From Geosiphon pyriformis uo1 (taxonomy: Eukaryota > Fungi > Glomeromycota), in assembly GCA_016748015.1 (NCBI GenBank), contig JAAOMT010000295.1, positions 620,001 to 684,000 on the forward strand: DNA of 64,000 bases. Direction: 5' to 3'. Below are positions 1 through 11,717 of this stretch, piece by piece. Both the position numbers and the translations under genes were made by a program. The notes beneath the pieces are model-generated. The model worked only from the letters and a program-made list of their open reading frames with translations, was not told the origin of the DNA and ran no database searches. Position 1 is the stretch's first letter, and every line of letters starts with the position of its first letter.

Positions 1-123
1 CTCAGTGATAAAAGAAACCATATTTCCCGAGTTCACATGCCAACGAACAACATCTGCTTGTTTCGCAAGAACATTGATACCCCGAACATTGCACATAGCA
101 AATTTCCAAACCAAACTACTCAT
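1..123 (-). CDS. N-terminus of LINE ORF2 (APE-type endonuclease), truncated by the window edge
   Basis: Manual translation MSSLVWKFAMCNVRGINVLAKQADVVRWHVNSGNMVSFITE contains the endonuclease NVRG motif and ITE; the ATG (123-121) overlaps the ORF1 TGA (122-120). Confidence 0.85.
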   Translation of the reverse strand, partial: MSSLVWKFAMCNVRGINVLAKQADVVRWHVNSGNMVSFITE

Positions 124-2075
124 TGAGATGGAGGAAAAGCCAACGAACCCGATCCAGAACGCAGATGATCCAATCTATCCAAGACCGAGCGAACTGAAGC
201 CTTAAGAGCCATCATATTCGATTCCAAACTGCCAATCTTGGCAGTCAAAACCTTAGAACTGCTCAGACTGAAATCAACAACCGACCCACCAACCTTGGGA
301 GAAGAAGAGGCAGACGACAACAACATGCCATCCAACTCCAAACCTGGGTCCATATCTGAAACAACGGCAGTTGGAGACACCAAAGGAAGAGCTGAGAGAG
401 AAAACGCCAATGGCACCAAGTCAATGAAACTTAACTTCTTTAAAATAAGTGAGACTTGGTCTGAGAGAATTTCTACGGAACGTTCCAGCACAGCTAGGCG
501 ACCACCTAGATCAGCAGCACCAGACGAGGAGGAATCCATTGAGAAAGCCATCGAACCAGAGACCAAACTGACACCAGGAGCACCTGAAGAGACAATGCGA
601 GAGGGGGAACTGCCTGCCACTTGGGCCCACGTCTTCCCACCAAAAGAAACTGGACGAGTGACAGGGGCCGACTTCTTCTTATATATCCCAGCTAGACGAA
701 CCCGATCTTGCTCAGAAACCACCCTTCTTCTTCGAACATCAGAATACACACCCAAGGAACAATTGACCGAAACATGACCAAATTGTTTACAACAAGCACA
801 ACTGGCCAAAGAAAGACCAGCCCAACGCAAACTCACATTCCTGAAAACTGGAATGGTACCAATAGCAGCCAATTTGGATGCCTCATCACCAAAACAAATT
901 ACAGCACATCTATCATGAACATATGAACTAGGGTTACAGCCGATATAACAAGTCTTCCCACCATATGATTCCAACAAATTGGAGAGGTCATAAGCATTAG
1001 TGCCAACTGGAAGAGTATAAAGTAAAGCCCGATGCTGATCCCTCGATACCCACGTTTGTTTATCAATATTTGCTTTTGCCATTCGGACCGAATCCTTTCC
1101 CATGAGCACAGACCATCTAGCTGCGACCAAATCAGCCATTTCAGATGATTCATATTCTACCAGGGCCTTTTGCCAAAGACCAATAAGCTGCACTTTAATT
1201 GAAACAATCTTGCCAAACTTGGAGAACACTGCCTCAATTGCCAATTTGGGAAGATCTACTGGGATTTCCCTGACAATCACCTCCCGATCCGAATGGCTGT
1301 TTATTTTTCTTAGATCATCATTTACCAAAATTTTTTTACTGATCGCCATTTCCCTCGCCTTAATCAAACTTTTTTCAGATGTAAATGATGACCTAATTAT
1401 TCCAGGAAATTTTGAGGGAGTCGAAGCCCCCCCAAAACCATCAACTTGATAAAAAATTTTTTTCACACAAACCAACTTATCACCAATAGTTTTGCCAGAA
1501 ACGGCAGATAGCTCAATATCCAATGCAAACAATTTCGACGAATTAAAACTCCATTTCTCCGGAGCATGTAACCCGACTGGAGGAAGGCTATTGGACCCAC
1601 AAAATTCAGGACTCGGAAGAGGCAAAGTGTCTTCACCATCACTTAGACCGTTGAAAGAGAGAGGTGGCGGCTTACTGTTCAGAATATAGGTGCGGGTATG
1701 CGTTTTCCTTGGTGTGGCATCGTTCATGTTGTCGTCCAAACCCGAAACATCCAACTCTGCATAGCTAGTTTCTTCAGTGACGACGTTTTCCAAGTTATCC
1801 AAGTCTGAAATGCCACTTATGCTGTCCACTTTGCTGTTGACCTCGCTAGCCCATGATTGCCCAATGTTAGGTCCATCACCACTTTCATCTATAACGTTCG
1901 AGACACCAGCAGACGACTCCACCAAACCGCCAACCACCACAGGTTTCTTCGGCTTCTTATAGGATGCACCGCGAGATTGAGGACCAACCGAACGCTTATT
2001 TTTGACACCAGACCGGGTCCCCAATCCAGCCAAAATGGACCCAGAACCACCAGCAGCAAAGCCTACCGGTTCCAT
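120..2075 (-). CDS. LINE ORF1 protein (RRM-like domain, CCHC zinc knuckle, C-terminal coiled-coil-like segments), 651 aa
   Basis: RRM-like REVIVREIPVDLPKLAIEAVFSKFGKIVSIKVQLIGLWQKALVEYE; knuckle CACCKQFGHVSVNC; lies directly upstream of an APE-type ORF2; homologous to the decayed copy at 3922-4421. Confidence 0.88.
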   Translation of the reverse strand: MEPVGFAAGGSGSILAGLGTRSGVKNKRSVGPQSRGASYKKPKKPVVVGGLVESSAGVSNVIDESGDGPNIGQSWASEVNSKVDSISGISDLDNLENVVTEETSYAELDVSGLDDNMNDATPRKTHTRTYILNSKPPPLSFNGLSDGEDTLPLPSPEFCGSNSLPPVGLHAPEKWSFNSSKLFALDIELSAVSGKTIGDKLVCVKKIFYQVDGFGGASTPSKFPGIIRSSFTSEKSLIKAREMAISKKILVNDDLRKINSHSDREVIVREIPVDLPKLAIEAVFSKFGKIVSIKVQLIGLWQKALVEYESSEMADLVAARWSVLMGKDSVRMAKANIDKQTWVSRDQHRALLYTLPVGTNAYDLSNLLESYGGKTCYIGCNPSSYVHDRCAVICFGDEASKLAAIGTIPVFRNVSLRWAGLSLASCACCKQFGHVSVNCSLGVYSDVRRRRVVSEQDRVRLAGIYKKKSAPVTRPVSFGGKTWAQVAGSSPSRIVSSGAPGVSLVSGSMAFSMDSSSSGAADLGGRLAVLERSVEILSDQVSLILKKLSFIDLVPLAFSLSALPLVSPTAVVSDMDPGLELDGMLLSSASSSPKVGGSVVDFSLSSSKVLTAKIGSLESNMMALKASVRSVLDRLDHLRSGSGSLAFPPSQ

Positions 2076-2204
2076 AGCAACAAAAAGGGGAATGTCTGAA
2101 GAAATAACTAAAGGAAACAGAAGGAAATAAGAGAAAAGGAAGATATTTCTTTGACTACTCTATGCTCTCGTTATGGTCAGGGGATCAATGAAAGAAAGAG
2201 TTTT

Positions 2205-3480
2205 TTATTATTTAATAAGCAAATAATATTGTTAGTATAAATAAATCACATTTGTCTTGGTTTTTTTGGCTGATTTTGACTATTGCTTTGTACAATATTT
2301 TATTGAATTTTTTTACTAAGCCATTTGTTTGTAAATAGTATAAAAATGATAATAATATTTTAATTTCAAATTTTTGACTTAATTTTGTTAGTGTTCTGTT
2401 AACAAAATAAGTTCTTTGGTCTAATAACAATTTTTTTAAACATCTATATTAGCAATTATATTTTAATATATAAATTTGGCTATGAATTTTGTATCTGCTC
2501 TTTAAATTGTTTTTGCTTTTGGCTATTTTGTAAGATAATTTATAGCTATTACTATGTATTAATTGTTTTTACTAGTTATTATTAATAGTTTAACTAAGTT
2601 AATTCCAATTTAATTAAATAGTTGCTTTACTTTAATTGGTCTTAATGATTTACTAAGTCTTATTTTTTTTTTAACAAACATTACAGTTTTAGATGTATTA
2701 GATTATATTTAAATATATTGTTGGTCAATAATATTTTTTCCAAATTTTTTTAATGATTGCTTCTTAATAAAAATATCCTGCTGTTAAATTTAAATGTATA
2801 TTAAACAGTATTTTCTTTTTTTTTGGTTCTGTAATTACTCTAAGCAACTAGTTTAATTCTTTTTTGTTTTTTTGATTTAATATATTTTGGTAAATAATAA
2901 AATATTTTGATTTTTGTTTATGTTGTTTTATTTTTTTTAAGATAATTTTTCTTTGAACTATTAAGTATTAATATAATATTGGAATTGTTAATATTTTTGT
3001 GTATTCATTTTTTAATTTATTTTTGGATTAAAATATTGTTAAATTGTCTTATTTATGACAAGCTATTAATATTTCTATTTTTTTTATAGTGTATAGTATA
3101 TTGAAATAGTAAAAGTTTTATTTTCTATTTGATATGGCAATCATTTACAAATTTTTGCTTTTAAATTAATGTTAATTCTTTATGGTCTGTGTATATATTA
3201 AACTTTTTATTTAAGTATTTTTTCTATTTAATAACAATCCAATAAATGGTTAAATATTCTAATATTAAGATGTTATAGTTTTTTTTAGCTGAACTTAAAC
3301 TTTGACTAACATATATTATTAGATGTTTTTGTCTATCTAATTTTTATTATAATAATACTGTTTCTGATACATTAATTATAATAATAAATAATTTGCTATA
3401 ATCTAAATATATCAACATTAGAGCTTAAATAAACTTTTGTCTTAATATATTAAAAACTTTTTGTTGTTTCTTAATTTAAT
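2205..3480 (-). pseudogene. Heavily decayed Ty3/Gypsy RNase H-integrase fragment
   Basis: ORF 2212-2430 (LLDQRTYFVN...QTNGLVKKFNKILYKA...LFAY) aligns with the integrase core at 33094-33822. Boundaries approximate. Confidence 0.8.
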
Positions 3481-5148
3481 AGTTTAATTAAAATTGCAAA
3501 TACTGGCAAAAATAATGTGAAAAATTATTTTGATCAAAAAAAAGAACTATAATATTTATATATATAATTTAAAAAACTTTACTAAATAGTCCAAAAAAAT
3601 TGCTATTAAATTTAATATTATAAATTTTTTAATTAAGCTTTTAATCATAAATACATTAAATAAAAGTAACATAATTAAGTAATATTTTTAAAATAGCAAA
3701 ATTAAAAGTAAAAGAAATAGCTTTAATAAAATATTTAATTTAAAAAATTTAAAGAACATAATAATAAAATAAATAAATTATATTAATTTAAATAGTTCAA
3801 GCAATAATAACAAACTTATAAATGAGATTATGTCAAAAGGCATTTATATTAAAACTTACAATTTGGTTGTACTTTTAAGAAACTGTTTTTTAATATATTA
3901 AGCAATGATAAACTTTTCAATTTGTTATTATCTATATTTATTAATACTAATATATACATGATTGCAAATACCAAAAAAAATAAAAGTTTCAAATTGATTA
4001 AATTATTTGTGCTAAATATTAGTTTTATTGCGGTTTTTAGTAAATCTTTAAACAAAAAAGTAAAATTTATTAAGAAACTTTTTTATCAAATCAATAATTT
4101 TAAAGAAGTATCAATTTTTTTAAAATTTCAAAACATTATTAAGATGTTGTTTATGTTTAAAACTAGTCTAAAAGCTGTTAAATAATTGGCAGTAGATAAA
4201 AAATTGTGATTAATATTAATCTAAAAAAAATTAACATTAAATTAAATCAAAAAATTATAATCAAGAAAATTTTAGTTCATTTTTCTAAATTAATACTTAA
4301 AGCAATACTATTTAAATTTGGAAAAATTGTTTTTATTAAAATACAGCCAATTGGTTTTTGGCAAAAAGCATTTATTAAGTTTGAATGTTTTAAAGTTGCT
4401 AACTTAGTGTTTTCTAAATAACTAATTTTTTTAGACAAAAACTTGATTTGTATAATAAAAGTTAATATTAACAAATAGTTATAAAATGATAAAGACTATT
4501 ATTGTGTTTTTCTATATATATTATTAATAAATATGACTGTTTATAATATTTATAATTTGATTTTGTTTTATAGTAGAAAAATGTGTATTATTATTTATAA
4601 ATTTGTTTTATATATATATGTATATTATATTATTGTGTGTTTTAACTCTGTTATAATTAGAAATATCATTATTTTTTTAAATTCAGTCTTTAAAAATGTA
4701 AACTTAATTTGAACTAAACTTTTTAGTTTAATTTGTGTTAAATATAAAAAAAACAGTTATATTTTTATTATTTGTAAGCCAAGTTTAAAGTTTTTTTAAT
4801 TAAAATTTTAAATTTTTTTTTTGATTTTAACAAAAAGCATTTCATTTTAATTTATGCAAAAAACAAGTTTTAGTGTTTTATTTGGTGTTTTTTATAATAA
4901 ATAATATTTTAATTAGTCTTTTTTTCATGTTATTAACTGGTATTTTTTTAATAAATTTTTTGTTTAATGCTTTTAATAATGCTTTGATGGCTTTAATTTT
5001 GTCTTTTAAACTAAATATTTTAAAATACTTTTTAGGACTTTTTTTAGATCATATGGTCAAATTTTTTTAAAATTAGATATATTATTATCAAAGATTTTTT
5101 TACTTTTTTTTTAATATTGTTAATACTATTTGTTATTAATTTTACTGT

Positions 5149-6181
5149 TATTAAAAATTAATAAATTTTTAATAAACTAATTTTTTTTTAAAGTATCATT
5201 ATATATTTTAAATTATATATATTATTGAATTTATAATAGAATAACCAATTTTATGTTAATTATTTATATAATTACTTTGTGATAAAAATTAACTTTTTAC
5301 AAGAAAATTTTATCTTTAAGTTCTTTAAAATATGTATAATTACTTTGCTGTAAAAGTTAATTTTTTTACAGAAAATTTTAATTATAGACTACTTAATAAT
5401 ATAAAAAAAAATAAGAAAGTATGTCAAAAAAGTTGTTTTAGATCCAAATTTGGAAGTTACTATCAGTTAATTAAAATTGTTAGCTAATTAATTTCAAAAT
5501 ATTAGTATAAAATAGTTAATTTTAAAACAATAATAACTAAAAAATTTTATTTTTTCAAGAAAGTTTTATTGAAGTTAATTTGCAAAAAAAATTATTTTAA
5601 AGAAAAGTATTTTAAAGAAAAGTATTTGGTAAATAATAATTCTTAATTAAAATATATTTTCTTGAAAAGAAAAGTTTTTTTTATATAATTTGTTATTGTA
5701 CTATTTTATAATTTAAACCTTTTTTTTTTAATATTTTGGTAAACTAAAAATACATTTTGTCAAACTATAATTTATTTCTGTAAACTATAAATTATTTTGG
5801 TAAATTGTTAAATATTTTATTAAATTACTAAATATTTTGGCAAATTCTGAATATTATATAGTTTAGTATATTATATGATTTAATCATCTAATTTGGTTAT
5901 ATTTGTGTTTTATATAAATTAGGTTATTAATTAAATAATAATTCAGATAATTTAATAAGATAATAAGTAATAAATTAAAATAATAATATATGTTAATTAA
6001 TGATAAAAATTATAGAAATAAATTTATATTAATTAATATATCAAATTTTAGCTAGTAATAATGTTTTATTTATTAATATTGTTTCTAAGTATTAAAATAC
6101 TACTTATATAATTTTTTGGGCCAAATTTAATTTTAGCTATTATTATATTATTATAAGTTTTCCATATATTACTAATTAATA
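5149..6181. mobile_element. ~1-kb insertion in the decayed LINE ORF1, probably an old solo LTR
   Basis: Interrupts ORF1 between two segments only ~60 codons apart in the intact copy; ends TATTA...TAATA (decayed TGTTA...TAACA); flanked by CTGT at 5145-5148 and 6182-6185, which can also be read as an 8-bp repeat ACTGTTAT. Confidence 0.55.
5730..5850. repeat. Degenerate ~20-bp tandem repeat (AATATTTTGGTAAACTATAA-like, ~6 units)
   Basis: Visible 20-bp periodicity inside the 5149-6181 insertion. Confidence 0.6.
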
Positions 6182-9100
6182 CTGTTATATTAAAAAATGT
6201 TTTTTTAGTAAGTTCAAAATTCTAACTATCAAAATTGGCAGCTTAAAAACCAATCTAATAATTATAAAAAACTTAATTAAAGCAATTTTAAATAAATTAA
6301 AATTTTTTGTTTAAGTAATAATATGATATATTTTTTTTGTTCTTAATAAATAAATTAGATTAAAAAACAGCTATATATAATATTAAAAATATGAATATCT
6401 TTGTTAAACAGAATAATATTATTAAATAATATAGAAAATCAAAAAATAATATTTTAATTATTATTAAAACTAAGCTTTATTTTAGTGTTAAATTATGAAT
6501 TGTAAATAAGTTTACAAATATAAAAATATTTACTTTTGGTTTAAATTCAGATTATTTAAGTATTGATATTACTTTAATTGTAAATAAATATTTAACTAAG
6601 CATATTTTAAAAATTTTGAAAGTTTTTAGTATATTTTTAATAATTTGTGTTTGGTTTAAGAACAAACAATCAGTTTTTGTTTTAGGTTTATATCCAAAAG
6701 CATCTTTAAAAAAGCATTTAAATTAAATAATTATCATCAATTTTTTTATTATCAATGTATTTAATAAGAGTACTTTTGTTATTTTGAAAATAATTTTAAT
6801 AAAGATAATATTAAGTACAATACTAGTTTCAAAAAATATATAGATTTGAGTTTAGTTAATTCTTTAATTAATAATTTATTTGTTAAGTTTTTTACATAAA
6901 AAAATTTTAAGAAAGTTAAAAAAACTATTGATTTTATTTTTATTTTGTCCAGCTTGGTAAATGTACCAATTAATAAAAAAATTACATATGTAAATAAATT
7001 TTATAATATTAATTATAATACTCTTCATATTATTATTAGTTTTAGTAGTTTTCTGAATATAATTTTAAGAACTTTTTATGTACAAATTAATAAGAATCAA
7101 TAGAAATTCAATATAAAAAATATTATTAAAGTAAAATAAAAATTGTTTAAGATTTTAATATTTAATACTACTATTATATATACTGATAATTTTATTACTA
7201 CAAAAAAATTCTTGAATATAGATAAGATATAAAATATAGTTTATAAAGTAGTTTGTTTTTTAGAAAATAAAATATTTTTTGAATCTTATTTTAAAAACCA
7301 TAATAATGTTTTTACTAAATTTTTATTTTGTTTTTATAAATTAAAAACTTCAGTCTTTAACATATTTAATTTGCTTTTAAGCCTTTGGCTTTTTTTTAAT
7401 ACTAATAATATTTTTAAAGTAATAATATTTATTAATTTAAATGCTTATTTTGATGTTAGTTTGCTTTATCAAAGATTAGGAAGTTATATTAAGTTTTAAA
7501 AATAATAAAATTTTAGTATATTAAAAAATATATATAAAATTTACTATTAACAAAAGAATAAAGAGTTTTAAATTAGACAAAAGCCATATAATTTAAAGTA
7601 TTTTGAAGTGTTTTTTTTATATAATAGTATTAAATTATTTAGTAATTGATAAAAAACTGGTGTTAAAATCTAAATTGATTAAATCTAAAGTAATATATAA
7701 TTATAGAAAATTGAATAAAAAAACATAAAATATTAAAAAAAATGCTTAAGATATAGTATTGACAATATTTCTTATTAAATTATATTATTAATAATACTTT
7801 TTTTGATGTTATGTGTTTTATTAATTTTGGTAAATTGTTAAGTATAATAATAGATTTGTCTAATAAAAAAACAGCTGGTTTTTTTAATATTTCAAACTAG
7901 TTATAAAAATATTATAATAAAATAATAACAGATATGTTTTTAAATCTTATAAACTTTTGTTTAGTATATAAATTTATCTCCAATTTTGGAAAAAAATTTG
8001 AGTTTTAATAATTTTTAAACTGTATAAATAAGAGAATATTTTGACAAATATGTAAACTATTGCTTTAATTAAAATAGTTTAAAAGACTTTTTTTAATATT
8101 CTATTTAATAAAATTTTTTTGATATATAATAGATATAATGTTTTGTGTAATAATAATTTTTTGGTTTTAAAAAATACAATAATATAATTTTTTATATTTA
8201 TAATTAAATTAGTAATAAAAAATACTTTAAAGAAGAATTATAAATTTTGGCTGGTTTTATAAGATATATACAAAATATAATTTTGTAAGTTAAAAATATT
8301 TAAAATATAGCTTGAATAGAATTAAAATATATAACAGATTTGTCAAATTTTTTGGTAATATTTACAATAATTATGTTAACTAAGTTATGATTAATTTTGA
8401 CTTAACAGATAGATATTATGTTTATAATAAGCTAAATTAAGATAAAGTTTTTTATTTTTCTTTTAGCACATTTTTTATGATCTTTTTTTGTGTAAAGTTA
8501 AGAAACAAAAGAATTTAAATAGCTATAAAATTAATTCTAAGTTTATTACTAAGATTGGTTAAATTAAAGTTTAAATTAATTTAATATTATTTTTTATTAC
8601 TAGTGCTTTTTTTAATAATATAATTTGGATAAAAAGCAATCAGACTATTATTCAATATATTTTAGACATTGTAAGTAACTTTTTTTGAGTTAATAATATT
8701 TTAATTAATAATAATAAAATTGTAATTATTTTTATTAATCACAAAGTTAATGTTTTTTCTTTAATAATTAGTAATTTGCCTATTTTAATTATTAAAAAGA
8801 AGAAAGCTTACAAATATTTGTGTATTTTTATGTTTACTAATAATTTATTAAAGTCCAATTTGGTCAAAACTTATTTAAATATTAGGTTTTTTACAGACAA
8901 AATTTTGAAAAAAGTTATTATTAACAAATAATTTCTATATTTAATCTTAATGATACTTTATTTTATTATTAGTTATAAAACTTAATTTAGTTTTATTTTT
9001 AGTAATATATATAATAAATAAACTATTCTAATTTATAAAAACTTGAAATCAAAGTTTGGTTTATTTTTGGATTTTTTAAATAATATAATTTATTATTTTT

Positions 9101-11717
9101 CTTTGTATGATCTAAAAACTTTTAATTAAGTATAAATTAAATGCAAATTAACTTCTCTTTTAAGTTTTTTAGATATTAATAGTATTGTAAACCAGTTTTT
9201 TGGTCACAGATTTTTAAATCTGCAAATACTAAGTTGTTTTTCTATTATCTTTTGCTATTTTTGATTTGTCTTTGTGTTAATTTAGTTAATAATTTCTTGG
9301 TTGGTATAATTAAAATTTTTTGTAATTATAATATATTCTTAAATAATATTTTGTTTTTAGTATTTTGGTTTTTTAGAAGTATTCTAATATTTACAATTTT
9401 TGATAATTCTGTTTTTTTTAGAATTTGTTGTTTGATTAAATATTTTAACATTGTTTTTATTAAATAATTATACAGTAAAAATAATAGAGTTCTTAATTAA
9501 AAAAATTTTAAGTATTGGAAATATTTCAATCTTTATGGTCTAGTTTTTTTATGGTTTTTACTAACAATAACATATTTGGATGTTTTTTTAATTTAACAGA
9601 TTTTTTTCTTTTTTAGAAATATTTAGCTATTAAATATTTTGAATTTTAGTGAATTTTGTTAAGTATATAATATGTTGCTGAATGCTAATTTCTTTTGTAT
9701 TTTTATTTATATTAATGGTTTTGTAAAAAATTTGGATTTAATAAACATAAAAATTAATATTATAATATTTTTTAATAGTTTGATTTTAGTATTAATGTTA
9801 AAATATTTAGTTTAATATTGTTTATTTTGGCTGAATTACAGGCTATTGTATTGGCTTTAAAGTGTGTTTTTTTTGTATAATTATAATTTTTTCAAACAGT
9901 TAAGTAGTTTTAAATACTTAATTATTGGAATTGGTTTTAGTATTATCCAATTTTTGTAATTATTATTGAATAAAATATTATTATATTGTAAAAGTAATTG
10001 GTAAAAAAAATTATGTGTGTCTTGGTTTAAAGTCAAAGACTATTTTGGTGTTTTTGATAATAATAAAGTTAATATATTGGCTAATACTATATTTTTTTTA
10101 AATTTAATGCTTTTGATTAAAGTTAAAATTTTTTTTAAAAACTAATAATATATGTATATTTAAAAATACAAAACATTTTGTTTACAGAATTTTTTAGACT
10201 GTTTATTATACTTATTGAAAAATCTGTTATAATGCTATTATTTTAGACCAAAATTTAATTAAGAATATAAATTGAATTAATTCTTTACAAATATAGTATT
10301 TAAACTTTTCTATAATAACTAAATACATAAGTTAAGTTATTATAAGTGTTTGTTTTTATTTTATAAAAATTTTTTATTATTAGTTGTCTATGGTTGTTTG
10401 CAAATATTTGTATAATAAATGCTATTATAGTGTTTTGTGTCTTTTATATAATAAAATTAAGATTTTTAATTAATTATTTTTATGTTTATTGAATTTTATT
10501 ACTTATAATATTTTGTTGATTTCTTAAACTGCTGTATAAAAAAATTTTTCTGGTCTATGCTGGTTTTTATCTTATATGTCTTAATTATTGTTATCATGTT
10601 TCTTAAATTTTGTAATTTATACTGTTTTATACAAAAATTTTGTTTTAAAACTTGGTTTTTAAAGTCTTTTTCTGTTTTTAAAGATTCCAAAATTGCTGCT
10701 AATAAGATTACAGACTTTGTTTATGGTTTGGCTTTGGTTTACAAAGATAAAATTTGGCTTATATATTCTAAGTATTATGTAGTTATGAAAAAAAAAGGTT
10801 TAATTTTATTGAATAATTTAGTATTTTTTTTATTAACAGTTTTCCGAATGTATTATTAAAAGATATAATTAAATTACTTGGTATTGTTGAAGCTTTAAAT
10901 GTGAGTTTTGGTACATATATTTTGTGTTTATTTATTTTTAATATTGACAATAGTATTAGTGTTTATATAAAAACTTAATATTATCTTAACTGGCTTAAGT
11001 GATTGATTACATGTAGTAAATAGATAATTCATACTTAGTTTAGATTACTTAATTTGATGTATTGTATTAGATAGTGTTTGGACCTTACTCATAAAATTAA
11101 TAAAAAAAAATGTAATTATTCATTTAAATTAAATTAATTATTGCTTAAAATTGAATAATAATCATTTTTATTAAAAGTTGTAACTTTTAAAATTTTTGAA
11201 AATCCATGTGATCTTGAGTTACCTTTATTTGTCACATATTTAAAAGATATACATTAACTTTGCCTTAAGAGGTTGACAAGACGTTTGAGAATCTAAACAA
11301 ACTAAGCTTGAATTTTGATGGACATTGTATAGGAACCATTGTCTCATGCATAGAAATATTTGCATCGTTAGAGATATCAAAAAGCACAAAGAAACTCTAT
11401 TGTATAGTGAAGCTTTGTGCTTGATAAATTTCGCCGAAAAGCGGGAGAAGACCGACAAACTGGCGTAATTATACTCCAAATTTGATCCATGTAACTTTCA
11501 CAAAACGTGTGAAGATTTCAAGTATCACCCGAAACACCCGCGCCTTTCTAAAAAGTTACCCGATTAGGGACGATTATTGAACTTTAAAAAATTCTGCATG
11601 ACAGAATAGTCTACAAAGACATCCAATTCCTTAAAAAGGACGGCCTTTTCACTTTACTGGTCTTAGGTTTTTGTTTCCAATATTTGGTGTTGAACCTCTT
11701 CAATAATCTTTATTATA

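Larger units (their letters stand above)
1..2200 (-). mobile_element. 5' part of a young non-LTR (LINE-type) retrotransposon; runs off the left edge of the window
   Basis: Intact ORF1, the start of an APE-endonuclease ORF2, and CpG-containing, comparatively GC-rich sequence that switches abruptly to AT-rich decayed Gypsy sequence at ~2200. The 5' boundary is approximate. Confidence 0.9.
3481..11110 (+). mobile_element. Decayed, essentially full-length LINE (ORF1; ORF2 = APE-RT-RNase H-Zn finger; 3' UTR; poly(A))
   Basis: ORF1 remnants at 3922-4421 match 120-2075; ORF1/ORF2 junction at ~6345; decayed RT motifs (RPIAL ~8050, QDMxKAYD ~8260, FVDD ~8610); RNase H motifs (YTDG ~9710, AELQAI ~9830, KVKGH ~10030); A-tail at 11102-11110. 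Confidence 0.8.

Noticed and set aside
238-2099. Plus-strand ORFs (238-777, 1102-1449 and others)
   Set aside because: Antisense shadows of the GC-rich LINE ORF1; no independent motifs.
5144-6188. hAT-type DNA transposon with 8-bp TSD ACTGTTAT
   Set aside because: No terminal inverted repeats visible inside the 8-bp repeats; a solo LTR with a 4-bp TSD fits better, though decay prevents certainty.
3849-10859. Short F/I/L/K/N-rich ORFs as membrane proteins
   Set aside because: Artefacts of extreme AT enrichment in decayed LINE sequence.
11240-11479. 79-aa minus-strand ORF divergent from PLD
   Set aside because: Non-ATG start, no motif or splice support; probably promoter DNA.
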